Positions 18,001 to 36,000 of a stretch of 64,000 bases of DNA are shown in pieces. Positions within the stretch are counted from its first letter, which is position 1, and every line of letters starts with the position of its first letter. The notes beneath the pieces were generated by a model. The model ran no database searches, was not told where the DNA came from, and worked only from the letters and a program-made list of their open reading frames with translations. Origin of the DNA: Eledone cirrhosa (Eukaryota); assembly GCA_964016885.1 (NCBI GenBank), contig OZ024743.1:305102001-305166000 (forward strand), in the 5' to 3' direction. The translations under genes and the position numbers were made by a program.

Positions 18001-21000
18001 ATGTATAGTGAGTATTTTATCATGACACCAACACTACCACATTATAGCATGTATTGGGTGTATTTTATCATGACACCAACACTACCACTTTATAGCATGT
18101 ATAGTGAGTATTTTATCATGACACCAACACTACCACTTTATAGCATGTATAGTGAGTATTTTATCATGACACCAACACTACCACTTTATAGCATGTATTG
18201 GGAGTATTTTATCATCACACCAACACTACCACTTTATAGCATGTATTGGGAGTATTTTATCATGACACCAACACTACCACTTTACAACATGTATTGGGTG
18301 TATTTTATCATGACACCAAACTACCACGTTACAACATGTATTGGGTGTATTTTATCATGACACTAAAACTACTACTTTACAACATGTATTGGGTGTATTT
18401 TATCATGACACCAACACTACCTCTTTACAACATGTATTCGGAGTATTTTATCATGACACCAACACTACAACTTTATAGCATGTATTGGGAGTATTTTATC
18501 ATGACACCAACACTACAACTTTATAGCATGTATTGGGAGTATTTTATCATGACACCAACACTACCACTTTATAGCATGTATTGGGAGTATTTTATCATGA
18601 CACCAACACTACCACTTTATAGCGTGTATTGGGAGTATTTTATCATGACACCAACACTACCACTTTATAGCATGTATTCGGAGTATTTTATGATGACACA
18701 TACACTACCACTTTATAGCATGTATTGGGTGTATTTTATCATGACACCAACACTACCACTTTATAGCATGTATTGGGTGTATTTTATAATGACACCAAAA
18801 CTACTACTTTACAACATGTATTAGGTGTATTTTATCATGACACCAACACTACCACCTTATAGCATGTGTTGGGTGTATTTTATCATCACACCAACACTAC
18901 CACTTTATAGCATGTATTGGGAGTATTTTATCATGGCACCAACACTACCACTTTACAACATTTATTGGGTGTATTTTATCATGACACCAAAACTACCACT
19001 TTATAGCATGTATTGGGACTATTTTATTATGACCCCAACACTACCACTTTATAGCATGTATTGGGATATTTTATTATAACACCAACAATAACTCTTTACA
19101 ACATGTATTGGGAGTACTTTATCATGACACCAACACTACCACTTTATAGCGTGTATTGGGAGTATTTTATCATGACACCAACACTACCACTTTACGACAT
19201 GTATTGGGAGTATTTTATCATGACACCAACACTACCACTTTATAGCATGTATTGGGAGTATTTTATCATGGCACCAACACTACCACTTTATAGCGTGTAT
19301 TGGGTGTATTTTATCATGACACCAACACTACCACTTTATAGCATGTATTGGGTGTATTTTATCATGGCACCAACACACCCACTTTATAGCATGTATTGGG
19401 TGTATTTTATCATGGCACCAACACACCCACTTTATAGCATGTATTCAGAGTATTTAATGATGACACCCAAACTACCACTTTATAGCATGTATTGGGAGTA
19501 TTTTATCATGACACCAACACTACCACTTTACAACATGTATAGTGAGTATTTTATCATGACACCAACACTACCACTTTATAGCATGTATTGGGAGTATTTT
19601 ATCATGACACCAACACTACCACTTTATAGCATGTATTGGGTGTATTTTATCATGACACCAACACTACCACTTTATAGCATGTATTCGGAGTATTTTATCA
19701 TGACACCAACACTACCACTTTATAGCGTGTATTGGGAGTATTTTATCATGACACCAACACTACCACTTTACATGTATAGTGAGTATTTTATCATGACACC
19801 AACACTACCACTTTATAGCATGTATTGGGAGTATTTTATCATGACACCAACACTACCACTTTATAGCATGTATTGGGTGTATTTTATCATGACACCAACA
19901 CTACCACTTTAAAGCATGTATAGTGAGTATTTTATCTTGACACCAACACTATCACTTTATAGCATGTATAGTGAGTATTTTATCATGACACCAACACTAC
20001 CACTTTATAGCATGTATTGGGAGTATTTTATCATGACACCAACACTACCACTTTATAGCATGTATTGGGTGTATGTTATCATGACACCAACACTACCACT
20101 TTATAGTATGTATAGTGAGTATTTTATCATGACACCAACACTACCACTTTATAGCATGTATTGGGAGTATTTTATCATCACACCAACACTACCACTTTAT
20201 AGCATGTATTGGGAGTATTTTATCATGACACCAACACTACCACTTTACAACATGTATTGGGTGTATTTTATCATGACACCAAACTACCACGTTACAACAT
20301 GTATTGGGTGTATTTTATCATGACACTAAAACTACTACTTTACAACATGTATTCGGAGTATTTTATCATGACACCAACACTACCACTTTATAGCATGTAT
20401 TGGGAGTATTTTATCATGACACCAACACTACCACTTTACAGCGTGTATTGGGAGTATTTTATCATGATACCAACACTACCACTTTATAGCATGTATTGGG
20501 AGTATTTTATCATGACACCAACACTACCACTTTATAGCGTGTATTGGGAGTATTTTATCATGACACCAGCTCTACCACTTTACGACATGTATTGGAAGTA
20601 TTTTATCATGACACCAACACTACCAATTTATCGCATGTATTGGGAGTATTTTATCATGACACCAACACTACCACTTTATAGCATGTATTGAGTATATTTA
20701 ATCATGACACCAAAACAACCACTTTATAGCATGTATTGGGAGTATTTTATCATGACACCAACTCTACCATTTTATAGCATATATTGGGTATATTTCATCA
20801 TAATACTAACACTACCACTTTATAGCATGTAGCGCGAGTGTGTTATCATGACACCAAAACTACCACTTTACAGCATGTATTGGGAGTATTTTATCATGAC
20901 ACCAAATCTACCACTTTATAGCATATATTGGAAGTATTTTATCATGGCACCAACACACACACTTTATAGCATGTATTCAGAGTATTTAATGATGACGCCC

Positions 21001-24000
21001 AAACTACCACTGTATAGCATGTATTCGGAATATTTTATCATGACACCAACACTACCACTTTATAGCATGTATCGTGAGTATTTTATCATGACACCAACAC
21101 TACCAATTTACAACATGTATTCGGAGTATTTTATCATGATACCAACATTACCACTTTATAGCATGTATTGTGTATATTTTATCATGACTCCAACACTACC
21201 ACTTTACAGCGTGTATTGGGACTATTTTATCATGACACCTAAACTAACACTTTATGTCATGTATATGGGTGTATTTTATCATGACACCAACACTATCACT
21301 TTACAACATGTATTGGGTATATTTTATCATGACACCAACTCTACCACCTTACACCGTGTATTTAGAGTATTTTATCATGATAGCAACACTACCACTTTAT
21401 AGCATGTATTGGGAGTATTTTATAATGACACCAACTCTACCACTTTACAGCATGTATTGGGTGTATTTTATCATGACACCAAACCTACTACTTTACAACA
21501 TTTATTGGGTGTATTTTATCATGACACCAAAACTACCACTTTATAGCATGTATTCAGAGTATTTAATGATGACACCCAAACTGCCACTTTATAGCATGTA
21601 TTGGGTGTATTTTATAATGACACCAAAACTACTACTTTACAACATGTATAGGTGTATTTTATCATGACACCAACACTACCACCTTATAGCATGTGTTGGG
21701 TGTATTTTATCATCACACCAACACTACCACTTTACAACATTTATTGGGTGTATTTTATCATCACACCAACACTACCACTTTATAGCATGTATTGGGACTA
21801 TTTTATTATGACCCCAACACTACCACTTTATAGCATGTATTGGGACTATTTTATTATGACCCCAACACTACCACTTTATAGCATGTATTGGGATATTTTA
21901 TTATAACACCAACAATAACTCTTTACAACATGTATTGGGAGTACTTTATCATGACACCAACACTACCACTTTATAGCGTGTATTGGGAGTATTTTATCAT
22001 GACACCAACACTACCACTTTACGACATGTATTGGGAGTATTTTATCATGACACCAACACTACAACTTTATAGCATGTATTGGGAGTATTTTATCATGGCA
22101 CCAACACTACCACTTTATAGCGTGTATTGGGTGTATTTTATCATGACACCAACACTACCACTTTATAGCATGTATTGGGTGTATTTTATCATGGCACCAA
22201 CACACCCACTTTATAGCATGTATTGGGTGTATTTTATCATGGCACCAACACACCCACTTTATAGCATGTATTCAGAGTATTTAATGATGACACCCAAACT
22301 ACCACTTTATAGCATGTATTGGGAGTATTTTATCATGACACCAACACTACCACTTTACAACATGTATAGTGAGTATTTTATCATGACACCAACACTACCA
22401 CTTTATAGCATGTATTGGGAGTATTTTATCATGACACCAACACTACCACTTTATAGCATGTATTGGGTGTATTTTATCATGACACCAACACTACCACTTT
22501 ATAGCATGTATTCGGAGTATTTTATCATGACACCAACACTACCACTTTATAGCGTGTATTGGGAGTATTTTATCATGACACCAACACTACCACTTTACAT
22601 GTATAGTGAGTATTTTATCATGACACCAACACTACCACTTTATAGCATGTATTGGGAGTATTTTATCATGACACCAACACTACCACTTTATAGCATGTAT
22701 TGGGTGTATTTTATCATGACACCAACACTACCACTTTAAAGCATGTATAGTGAGTATTTTATCTTGACACCAACACTACCACTTTATAGCATGTATAGTG
22801 AGTATTTTATCATGACACCAACACTACCACTTTATAGCATGTATTGGGAGTATTTTATCATGACACCAACACTACCACTTTATAGCATGTATTGGGTGTA
22901 TGTTATCATGACACCAACACTACCACTTTATAGCATGTATAGTGAGTATTTTATCATGACACCAACACTACCACTTTATAGCATGTATTGGGAGTATTTT
23001 ATCATCACACCAACACTACCACTTTATAGCATGTATTGGGAGTATTTTATCATGACACCAACACTACCACTTTACAACATGTATTGGGTGTATTTTATCA
23101 TGACACCAAACTACCACGTTACAACATGTATTGGGTGTATTTTATCATGACACCAAATCTACCACTTTATAGCATATATTGGAAGCATTTTATCATGGCA
23201 CCAACACACACACTTTATAGCATGTATTGGGTGTATTTTATCATGGCACCAACACACACACTTTATAGCATGTATTCAGAGTATTTAATGATGACGCCCA
23301 AACTACCACTTTATAGCATGTATTCGGAATATTTTATCATGACACCAACACTACCACTTTATAGCATGTATCGTGAGTATTTTATCATGACACCAACTCA
23401 ACCAATTTACAACATGTATTCGGAGTATTTTATCATGATACCAACATTACCACTTTATAGCATGTATTGTGTATATTTTATCATGACTCCAACACTACCA
23501 CTTTACAGCGTGTATTGGGACTATTTTATCATGACACCTAAACTAACACTTTATGTCATGTATATGGGTGTATTTTATCATGACACCAACACTATCACTT
23601 TACAACATGTATTGGGTATATTTTATCATGACACCAACTCTACCACCTTACACCGTGTATTTAGAGTATTTTATCATGATAGCAACACTACCACTTTATA
23701 GCATGTATTGGGAGTATTTTATAATGACACCAACTCTACCACTTTACAGCATGTATTGGGTGTATTTTATCATGGCACCAACACACCCACTTTATAGCAT
23801 GTATTGGGTGTATTTTATCATGGCACCAACACACCCACTTTATAGCATGTATTCAGAGTATTTAATGATGACACCCAAACTACCACTTTATAGCATGTAT
23901 TGGGTGTATTTTATCATGACACCAACACTACCACTTTACAACATGTATAGTGAGTATTTTATCATGACACCAACACTACCACTTTATAGCATGTATTGGG

Positions 24001-27000
24001 AGTATTTTATCATGACACCAACACTACCACTTTATAGCATGTATTGGGTGTATTTTATCATGACACCAACACTACCACTTTATAGCATGTATTCGGAGTA
24101 TTTTATCATGACACCAACACTACCACTTTATAGCGTGTATTGGGAGTATTTTATCATGACACCAACACTACCACTTTACATGTATAGTGAGTATTTTATC
24201 ATGACACCAACACTACCACTTTATAGCATGTATTGGGAGTATTTTATCATGACACCAACACTACCACTTTATAGCATGTATTGGGTGTATTTTATCATGA
24301 CACCAACACTACCACTTTAAAGCATGTATAGTGAGTATTTTATCTTGACACCAACACTACCACTTTATAGCATGTATAGTGAGTATTTTATCATGACACC
24401 AACACTACCACTTTATAGCATGTATTGGGAGTATTTTATCATGACACCAACACTACCACTTTATAGCATGTATTGGGTGTATGTTATCATGACACCAACA
24501 CTACCACTTTATAGCATGTATAGTGAGTATTTTATCATGACACCAACACTACCACTTTATAGCATGTATTGGGAGTATTTTATCATCACACCAACACTAC
24601 CACTTTATAGCATGTATTGGGAGTATTTTATCATGACACCAACACTACCACTTTACAACATGTATTGGGTGTATTTTATCATGACACCAAACTACCACGT
24701 TACAACATGTATTGGGTGTATTTTATCATGACACTAAAACTACTACTTTACAACATGTATTCGGAGTATTTTATCATGACACCAACACTACCACTTTATA
24801 GCATGTATTGGGAGTATTTTATCATGACACCAACACTACCACTTTACAGCGTGTATTGGGAGTATTTTATCATGATACCAACACTACCACTTTATAGCAT
24901 GTATTGGGAGTATTTTATCATGACACCAACACTACCACTTTATAGCGTGTATTGGGAGTATTTTATCATGACACCAGCTCTACCACTTTACGACATGTAT
25001 TGGAAGTATTTTATCATGACACCAACACTACCAATTTATCGCATGTATTGGGAGTATTTTATCATGACACCAACACTACCACTTTATAGCATGTATTGAG
25101 TATATTTAATCATGACACCAAAACAACCACTTTATAGCATGTATTGGGAGTATTTTATCATGACACCAACTCTACCATTTTATAGCATATATTGGGTATA
25201 TTTCATCATAATACTAACACTACCACTTTATAGCATGTAGCGCGAGTGTGTTATCATGACACCAAAACTACCACTTTACAGCATGTATTGGGAGTATTTT
25301 ATCATGACACCAAATCTACCACTTTATAGCATATATTGGAAGTATTTTATCATGGCACCAACACACACACTTTATAGCATGTATTCAGAGTATTTAATGA
25401 TGACGCCCAAACTACCACTTTATAGCATGTATTCGGAATATTTTATCATGACACCAACACTACCACTTTATAGCATGTATCGTGAGTATTTTATCATGAC
25501 ACCAACTCTACCAATTTACAACATGTATTCGGAGTATTTTATCATGATACCAACATTACCACTTTATAGCATGTATTGTGTATATTTTATCATGACTCCA
25601 ACACTACCACTTTACAGCGTGTATTGGGACTATTTTATCATGACACCTAAACTAACACTTTATGTCATGTATATGGGTGTATTTTATCATGACACCAACA
25701 CTATCACTTTACAACATGTATTGGGTATATTTTATCATGACACCAACTCTACCACCTTACACCGTGTATTTAGAGTATTTTATCATGATAGCAACACTAC
25801 CACTTTATAGCATGCATTGGGAGTATTTTATAATGACACCAACTCTACCACTTTACAGCATGTATTGGGTGTATTTTATCATGACACCAAACCTACTACT
25901 TTACAACATTTATTGGGTGTATTTTATCATGACACCAAAACTACCACTTTATAGCATGTATTCAGAGTATTTAATGATGACACCCAAACTACCACTTTAT
26001 AGCATGTATTGGGTGTATTTTATAATGACACCAAAACTACTACTTTACAACATGTATAGGTGTATTTTATCATGACACCAACACTACCACCTTATAGCAT
26101 GTGTTGGGTGTATTTTATCATCACACCAACACTACCACTTTACAACATTTATTGGGTGTATTTTATCATCACACCAACACTACCACTTTATAGCATGTAT
26201 TGGGACTATTTTATTATGACCCCAACACTACCACTTTATAGCATGTATTGGGATATTTTATTATAACACCAACAATAACTCTTTACAACATGTATTGGGA
26301 GTACTTTATCATGACACCAACACTACCACTTTATAGCGTGTATTGGGAGTATTTTATCATGACACCAACACTACAACTTTACGACATGTATTGGGAGTAT
26401 TTTATCATGACACCAACACTACCACTTTATAGCATGTATTGGGAGTATTTTATCATGGCACCAACACTACCACTTTATAGCGTGTATTGGGTGTATTTTA
26501 TCATGACACCAACACTACCACTTTATAGCATGTATTGGGTGTATTTTATCATGGCACCAACACACGCACTTTATAGCATGTATTGGGTGTATTTTATCAT
26601 GGCACCAACACACCCACTTTATAGCATGTATTCAGAGTATTTAATGATGACACCCAAACTACCACTTTATAGCATGTATTGGGAGTATTTTATCATGACA
26701 CCAACACTACCACTTTACAACATGTATAGTGAGTATTTTATCATGACACCAACACTACCACTTCATAGCATGTATTGGGAGTATTTTAACATGACACTAA
26801 CACTACCACTTTATAGCATGTATTGGGTGTATTTTATCATGACACCAACACTACCACTTTATAGCATGTATTCGGAGTATTTTATCATGACACCAACACT
26901 ACCACTTTATAGCGTGTATTGGGAGTATTTTATCATGACACCAACACTACCACTTTACAACATGTATAGTGAGTATTTTATCATGACACCAACACTACCA

Positions 27001-30000
27001 CTTTATAGCATGTATTGGGAGTATTTTATCATGACACCAACACTACCACTTTATAGCATGTATTGGGTGTATTTTATCATGACACCAACACTACCACTTT
27101 ATAGCATGTATAGTGAGTATTTTATCTTGACACCAACACTACCACTTTATAGCATGTATAGTGAGTATTTTATCATGACACCAATACTACCACTTTATAG
27201 CATGTATTGGGAGTATTTTATCATGACACCAACACTACCACTTTATAGCATGTATTGGGTGTATGTTATCATGACACCAACACTACCACTTTATAGCATG
27301 TATAGTGAGTATTTTATCATGACACCAACACTACCACATTATAGCATGTATTGGGTGTATTTTATCATGACACCAACACTACCACTTTATAGCATGTATA
27401 GTGAGTATTTTATCATGACACCAACACTACCACTTTATAGCATGTATAGTGAGTATTTTAACATGACACCAACACTACCACTTTATAGCATGTATTGGGA
27501 GTATTTTATCATCACACCAACTCTACCACTTTATAGCATGTATTGTCAGTATTTTATCATGACATCAAATCTACCACTTTATAGCATGTATTGGGAGTAT
27601 TATATCATGACACCAACACTACCACTTTATAGCATGTATTGGGAGTATTTTATCATGACACCAACACTACCACTTTACAACATGTATTGGGTGTATTTTA
27701 TCATGACACCAAACTACCACGTTGCAACATGTATTGGGTGTATTTTATCATGACACTAAAACTACTACTTTACAACATGTATTCGGACTATTTTATCATG
27801 ACACCAACACTACAACTTTATAGCATGTATTGGGAGTATTTTATCATGACACCAACACTACAACTTTATAGCATGTATTGGGTGTATTTTATCATGGCAC
27901 CAACACACCCACTTTATAGCATGTATTGGGTGTATTTTATCATGGCACCAACACACCCACTTTATAGCATGTATTCAGAGTATTTAATGATGACACCCAA
28001 ACTACCACTTTATAGCATGTATTGGGAGTATTTTATCATGACACCAACACTACCACTTTACAACATGTATAGTGAGTATTTTATCATGACACCAACACTA
28101 CCACTTTATAGCATGTATTGGGTGTATTTTATCATGGCACCAACACTACCACTTTATAGCATGTATTCGGAGTATTTTATCATGACACCAACACTACCAC
28201 TTTATAGCGTGTATTGGGAGTATTTTATCATGACACCAACACTACCACTTTACATGTATAGTGAGTATATTATCATGACACCAACACTACCACTTTATAG
28301 CATGTATTGGGAGTATTTTATCATGACACCAACACTACCACTTTATAGCATGTATTGGGTGTATTTTATCATGACACCAACACTACCACTTTATAGCATG
28401 TATAGTGAGTATTTTATCTTGACACCAACACTACCACTTTATAGCATGTATAGTGAGTATTTTATCATGACACCAACACTACCACTTTATAGCATGTATT
28501 GGGAGTATTTTATCATGACACCAACACTACCACTTTATAGCATGTATTGGGTGTATGTTATCATGACACCAACACTACCACTTTATAGCATGTATAGTTA
28601 GTATTTTATCATGACACCAACACTATCACATTATAGCATGTATTGGGTGTATGTTATCATGACACCAACACTACCACTTTATAGCAGTATAGTGAGTATT
28701 TTATCATGACACCAACACTACCACATTATAGCATGAATTGGGTGTATTTTATCATGGCACCAACACACCCACTTTATAGCATGTATTGGGTGTATTTTAT
28801 CATGGCACCAACACACCCACTTTATAGCATGTATTCAGAGTATTTAATGATGACACCCAAACTACCACTTTATAGCATGTATTGGGAGTATTTTATCATG
28901 ACACCAACACTACCACTTTATAGCATGTATTGGGAGTATTTTATCATGGCACCAACACTACCACTTTATAGCGTGTATTGCGTGTATTTTATCATGACAC
29001 CAACACTACCACTTTATAGCATGTATTGGGTGTATTTTATCATGGCACCAACACACCCACTTTATAGCATGTATTGGGTGTATTTTATCATGGCACCAAC
29101 ACACCCACTTTATAGCATGTATTCAGAGTATTTAATGATGACACCCAAACTACCACTTTATAGCATGTATTGGGAGTATTTTATCATGACACCAACACTA
29201 CCACTTTACAACATGTATAGTGAGTATTTTATCATGACACCAACACTACCACTTTATAGCATGTATTGGGTGTATTTTATCATGGCACCAACACTACCAC
29301 TTTATAGCATGTATTCGGAGTATTTTATCATGACACCAACACTACCACTTTATAGCGTGTATTGGGAGTATTTTATCATGACACCAACACTACCACTTTA
29401 CATGTATAGTGAGTATATTATCATGACACCAACACTACCACTTTATAGCATGTATTGGGAGTATTTTATCATGACACCAACACTACCACTTTATAGCATG
29501 TATTGGGTGTATTTTATCATGACACCAACACTACCACTTTATAGCATGTATAGTGAGTATTTTATCTTGACACCAACACTACCACTTTATAGCATGTATA
29601 GTGAGTATTTTATCATGACACCAACACTACCACTTTATAGCATGTATTGGGAGTATTTTATCATGACACCAACACTACCACTTTATAGCATGTATTGGGT
29701 GTATGTTATCATGACACCAACACTACCACTTTATAGCATGTATAGTTAGTATTTTATCATGACACCAACACTATCACATTATAGCATGTATTGGGTGTAT
29801 GTTATCATGACACCAACACTACCACTTTATAGCAGTATAGTGAGTATTTTATCATGACACCAACACTACCACATTATAGCATGAATTGGGTGTATTTTAT
29901 CATGGCACCAACACACCCACTTTATAGCATGTATTGGGTGTATTTTATCATGGCACCAACACACCCACTTTATAGCATGTATACAGAGTATTTAATGATG

Positions 30001-33000
30001 ACACCCAAACTACCACTTTATAGCATGTATTGGGAGTATTTTATCATGACACCAACACTACCACTTTATAGCATGTATTGGGAGTATTTTATCATGGCAC
30101 CACACTACCACTTTATAGCGTGTATTGCGTGTATTTTATCATGACACCAACACTACCACTTTATAGCATGTATTGGGTGTATTTTATCATGGCACCAACA
30201 CACCCACTTTATAGCATGTATTGGGTGTATTTTATCATGGCACCAACACACCCACTTTATAGCATGTATTCAGAGTATTTAATGATGACACCCAAACTAC
30301 CACTTTATAGCATGTATTGGGAGTATTTTATCATGACACCAACACTACCACTTTACAACATGTATAGTGAGTATTTTATCATGACACCAACACTACCACT
30401 TTATAGCATGTATTGGGAGTATTTTATCATGACACCAACACTACCACTTTATAGCATGTATTGGGTGTATTTTATCATGACACCAACACTACCACTTAAT
30501 AGTATGTATTCGGAGTATTTTATCATGACACCAACACTACCACTTTATAGCGTGTATTGGGAGTATTTTATCATGACACCAACACTACCACTTTACATGT
30601 ATAGTGAGTATTTTATCATGACACCAACACTACCACTTTATAGCATGTATTGGGAGTATTTTATCATGACACCAACACTACCACTTTATAGCATGTATTG
30701 GGTGTATTTTATCATGACACCAACACTACCACTTTATAGCATGTATAGTGAGTATTTTATCTTGACACCAACACTACCACTTTATAGCATGTATAGTGAG
30801 TATTTTATCATGACACCAACACTACCACTTTATAGCATGTATTGGGAGTATTTTATCATGACACCAACACTACCACTTTATAGCATGTATTGGGTGTATG
30901 TTATCATGACACCAACACTACCACTTTATAGCATGTATAGTGAGTATTTTATCATGACACCAACACTACCACTTTATAGCATGTATTGGGAGTATTTTAT
31001 CATCACACCAACACTACCACTTTATAGCATGTATTGGGAGTATTTTATCATGACACCAACACTACCACTTTACAACATGTATTGGGTGTATTTTATCATG
31101 ACACCAAACTACCACGTTACAACATGTATTGGGTGTATTTTATCATGACACTAAAACTACTATTTTACAACATGTATTGGGTGTATTTTATCATGACACC
31201 AACACTACCACTTTACAACATGTATTCGGAGTATTTTATCATGACACCAACACTACAACTTTATAGCATGTATTGGGAGTATTTTATCATGACACCATCA
31301 CTACAACTTTATAGCATGTATTGGGAGTATTTTATCATGACACCAACACTACCACTTTATAGCATGTATTGGGAGTATTTTATCATGACACCAACACTAC
31401 CACTTTACAGCATGTATTGGGAGTATTTTATCATGACACCAACACTACCACTTTATAGAATGTATTGAGTATATTTAATCATGACACCAAAACAACCACT
31501 TTATAGCATGTATTGGGAGTATTTTATCATGACACCAACTCTACCATTTTATAGCATATATTAGGTATATTTCATCATAATACTAACACTACCACTTTAT
31601 AGCATGTAGCGTGAGTGTGTTATCATGACACCAAAACTACCACTTTACAGCATGTATTGGGAGTATTTTATCATGACACCAAATCTACCACTTTATTGCA
31701 TATATTGGAAGTATTTTATCATGGCACCAACACACACACTTTATAGCATGTATTCAGAGTATTTAATGATGACACCCAAACTACCACTTTATAGCATGTA
31801 TTCGGAATATTTTATCATGACACCAACACTACCACTTTATAGCATGTATCGTGAGTATTTTATCATGACACCAACTCTACCAATTTACAACATGTATTCG
31901 GAGTATTTTATCATGATACCAACATTACCACGTTATAGCATGTATTGTGTATATTTTATCATGACTCCAACACTACCACTTTACAGCGTGTATTGGGACT
32001 ATTTTATGATGACACCTAAACTAACACTTTATGTCATGTATATGGGTGTATTTTATCATGACACCAACACTATCACTTTACAACATGTATTGGGTATATT
32101 TTATCATGACACCAACTCTACCACCTTACACCGTGTATTTAGAGTATTTTATCATGATAGCAACACTACCACTTTATAGCATGTATTGGGAGTATTTTAT
32201 AATGACACCAACTCTACCACTTTACAGCATGTATTGGGTGTATTTTATCATGACACCAAACCTACTACTTTACAACATTTATTGTGTGTATTTTATCATG
32301 ACACCAAAACTACCACTTTATAGCATGTATTCAGAGTATTTAATGATGACACCCAAACTACCACTTTATAGCATGTATTGGGTGTATTTTATAATGACAC
32401 CAAAACTACTACTTTACAACATGTATTAGGTGTATTTTATCATGACACCAACACTACCACCTTATAGCATGTGTTGGGTGTATTTTATCATCACACCAAC
32501 ACTACCACTTTACAACATTTATTGGGTGTATTTTATCATCACACCAACACTACCACTTTATAGCATGTATTGGGACTATTTTATTATGACCCCAACACTA
32601 CCACTTTATAGCATGTATTGGGATATTTTATTATAACACCAACAATAACTCTTTACAACATGTATTGGGAGTACTTTATCATGACACCAACACTAACACT
32701 TTATAGCGTGTATTGGGAGTATTTTATCATGACACCAACACTACAACTTTACGACATGTATTGGGAGTATTTTATCATGACACCAACACTACCACTTTAT
32801 AGCATGTATTGGGAGTATTTTATCATGGACCAACACTACCACTTTATAGCGTGTATTGGGTGTATTTTATCATGACGCCAACACTACCACTTTATAGCAT
32901 GTATTGGGTGTATTTTATCATGGCACCAACACACCCACTTTATAGCATGTATTGGGTGTATTTTATCATGGCACCAACACACCCACTTTATAGCATGTAT

Positions 33001-36000
33001 TCAGAGTATTTAATGATGACACCCAAACTACCACTTTATAGCATGTATTGGGAGTATTTTATCATGACACCAACACTACCACTTTACAACATGTATAGTG
33101 AGTATTTTATCATGACACCAACACTACCACTTTATAGCATGTATTGGGAGTATTTTACCATGACACTAACACTACCACTTTATAGCATGTATTGGGTGTA
33201 TTTTATCATGACACCAACACTACCACTTTATAGCATGTATTCGGAGTATTTTATCATGACACCAACACTACCACTTTATAGCGTGTATTGGGAGTATTTT
33301 ATCATGACACCAACACTACCACTTTACAACATGTATAGTGAGTATTTTATCATGACACCAACACTACCACTTTATAGCATGTATTGGGAGTATTTTATCA
33401 TGACACCAACACTACCACTTTATAGCATGTATTGGGTGTATTTTATCATGACACCAACACTACCACTTTATAGCATGTACAGTGAGTATTTTATCTTGAC
33501 ACCAACACTACCACTTTATAGCATGTATAGTGAGTATTTTATCATGACACCAACACTACCACTTTATAGCATGTATTGGGAGTATTTTATCATGACACCA
33601 ACACTACCACTTTATAGCATGTATTGGGTGTATGTTATCATGACACCAACACTACCACTTTATAGCATGTATAGTGAGTATTTTATCATGACACCAACAC
33701 TACCACATTATAGCATGTATTGGGTTTATTTTATCATGACACCAACACTACCACTTTATAGCATGTATAGTGAGTATTTTATCATGACACCAACACTACC
33801 ACTTTATAGCATGTATAGTGAGTATTTTATCATGACACCAACACTACCACTTTATAGCATGTATTGGGAGTATTTAATCATCACACCAACTCTACCACTT
33901 TATAGCATGTATTGTCAGTATTTTATCATGACATCAAATCTACCACTTTATAGCATGTATTGGGAGTATTATATCATGACACCAACACTACCACTTTATA
34001 GCATGTATTGGGAGTATTTTATCATGACACCAACACTACCACTTTACAACATGTATTGGGTGTATTTTATCATGACACCAAACTACCACGTTACAACATG
34101 TATTGGGTGTATTTTATCATGACACTAAAACTACTACTTTACAACATGTATTGGGTGTATTTTATCATGACACCAGCACTACCACTTTACAACATGTATT
34201 CGGACTATTTTATCATGACACCAACACTACAACTTTATAGCATGTATTGGGAGTATTTTATCATGACACCAACACTACAACTTTATAGCATGTATTGGGT
34301 GTATTTTATCATGGCACCAACACACCCACTTTATAGCATGTATTGGGTGTATTTTATCATGGCACCAACACACCCACTTTATAGCATGTATTCAGAGTAT
34401 TTAATGATGACACCCAAACTACCACTTTATAGCATGTATTGGGAGTATTTTATCATGACACCAACACTACCACTTTACAACATGTATAGTGAGTATTTTA
34501 TCATGACACCAACACTACCACTTTATAGCATGTATTGGGAGTATTTTATCATGACACCAACACTACCACTTTATAGCATGTATTGGGTGTATTTTATCAT
34601 GACACCAACACTACCACTTTATAGCATGTATTCGGAGTATTTTATCATGACACCAACACTACCACATTATAGCGTGTATTGGGAGTATTTTATCATGACA
34701 CCAACACTACCTCTTTACATGTATAGTGAGTATATTATCATGACACCAACACTACCACTTTATAGCATGTATTGGGAGTATTTTATCATGACACCAACAC
34801 TACCACTTTATAGCATGTATTGGGTGTATTTTATCATGACACCAACACTACCACTTTATAGCATGTATAGTGAGTATTTTATCTTGACACCAACACTACC
34901 GCTTTATACCATGTATAGTGAGTATTTTATCATGACACCAACACTACCACTTTATAGCATGTATTGGGAGTATTTTATCATGACACCAACACTACCACTT
35001 TATAGCATGTATTGGGTGTATGTTATCATGACACCAACACTACCACTTTATAGCATGTATAGTGAGTATTTTATCATGACACCAACACTACCACATTATA
35101 GCATGTATTGGGTGTATGTTATCATGACACCAACACTACCACTTTATAGCATGTATAGTGAGTATTTTATCATGACACCAACACTACCACATTATAGCAT
35201 GTATTGGGTGTATTTTATCATGACACCAACACTACCACTTTATAGCATGTATAGTGAGTATTTTATCATGACACCAACACTACCACTTTATAGCATGTAT
35301 AGTGAGTATTTTATCATGACACCAACACTACCACTTTATAGCATGTATTGGGAGTATTTTATCATCACACCAACACTACCACTTTATAGCATGTATCGGG
35401 AGTATTTTATCATGACACCAACACTACCACTTTACAACATGTATTGGGTGTGTTTTATCATGACACCAAACTACCACGTTACAACATGTATTGGGTGTAT
35501 TTTATCATGACACTAAAACTACTACTTTACAACATGTATTGGGTGTATTTTATCAAGACACCAACACTACCACTTTACAACATGTATTGGGTGTATTTTA
35601 TCATGACACCAACACTACCACTTTACAACATGTATTCGGTGTATTTTATCATGACACCAACACTACAACTTTATAGCATGTATTGGGAGTATTTTATCAT
35701 GACACCAACACTACAACTTTATAGCATGTATTGGGAGTATTTTATCATGACACCAACACTACCACTTTATAGCATGTATTGGGAGTATTTTATCATGACA
35801 CCAACACTACCACTTTATAGCGTGTATTGGGAGTATTTTAAAATGACACCAACACTACCACTTTATAGCATGTATTGGGAGTATTTTATCATGACACCAA
35901 CACTATCACTTTATAGCATGTATTGGGTGTATTTTATCATGACACCAACACTACCACTTTATAGCATGTATTGGGTGTATTTTATCATGACACCAAAACT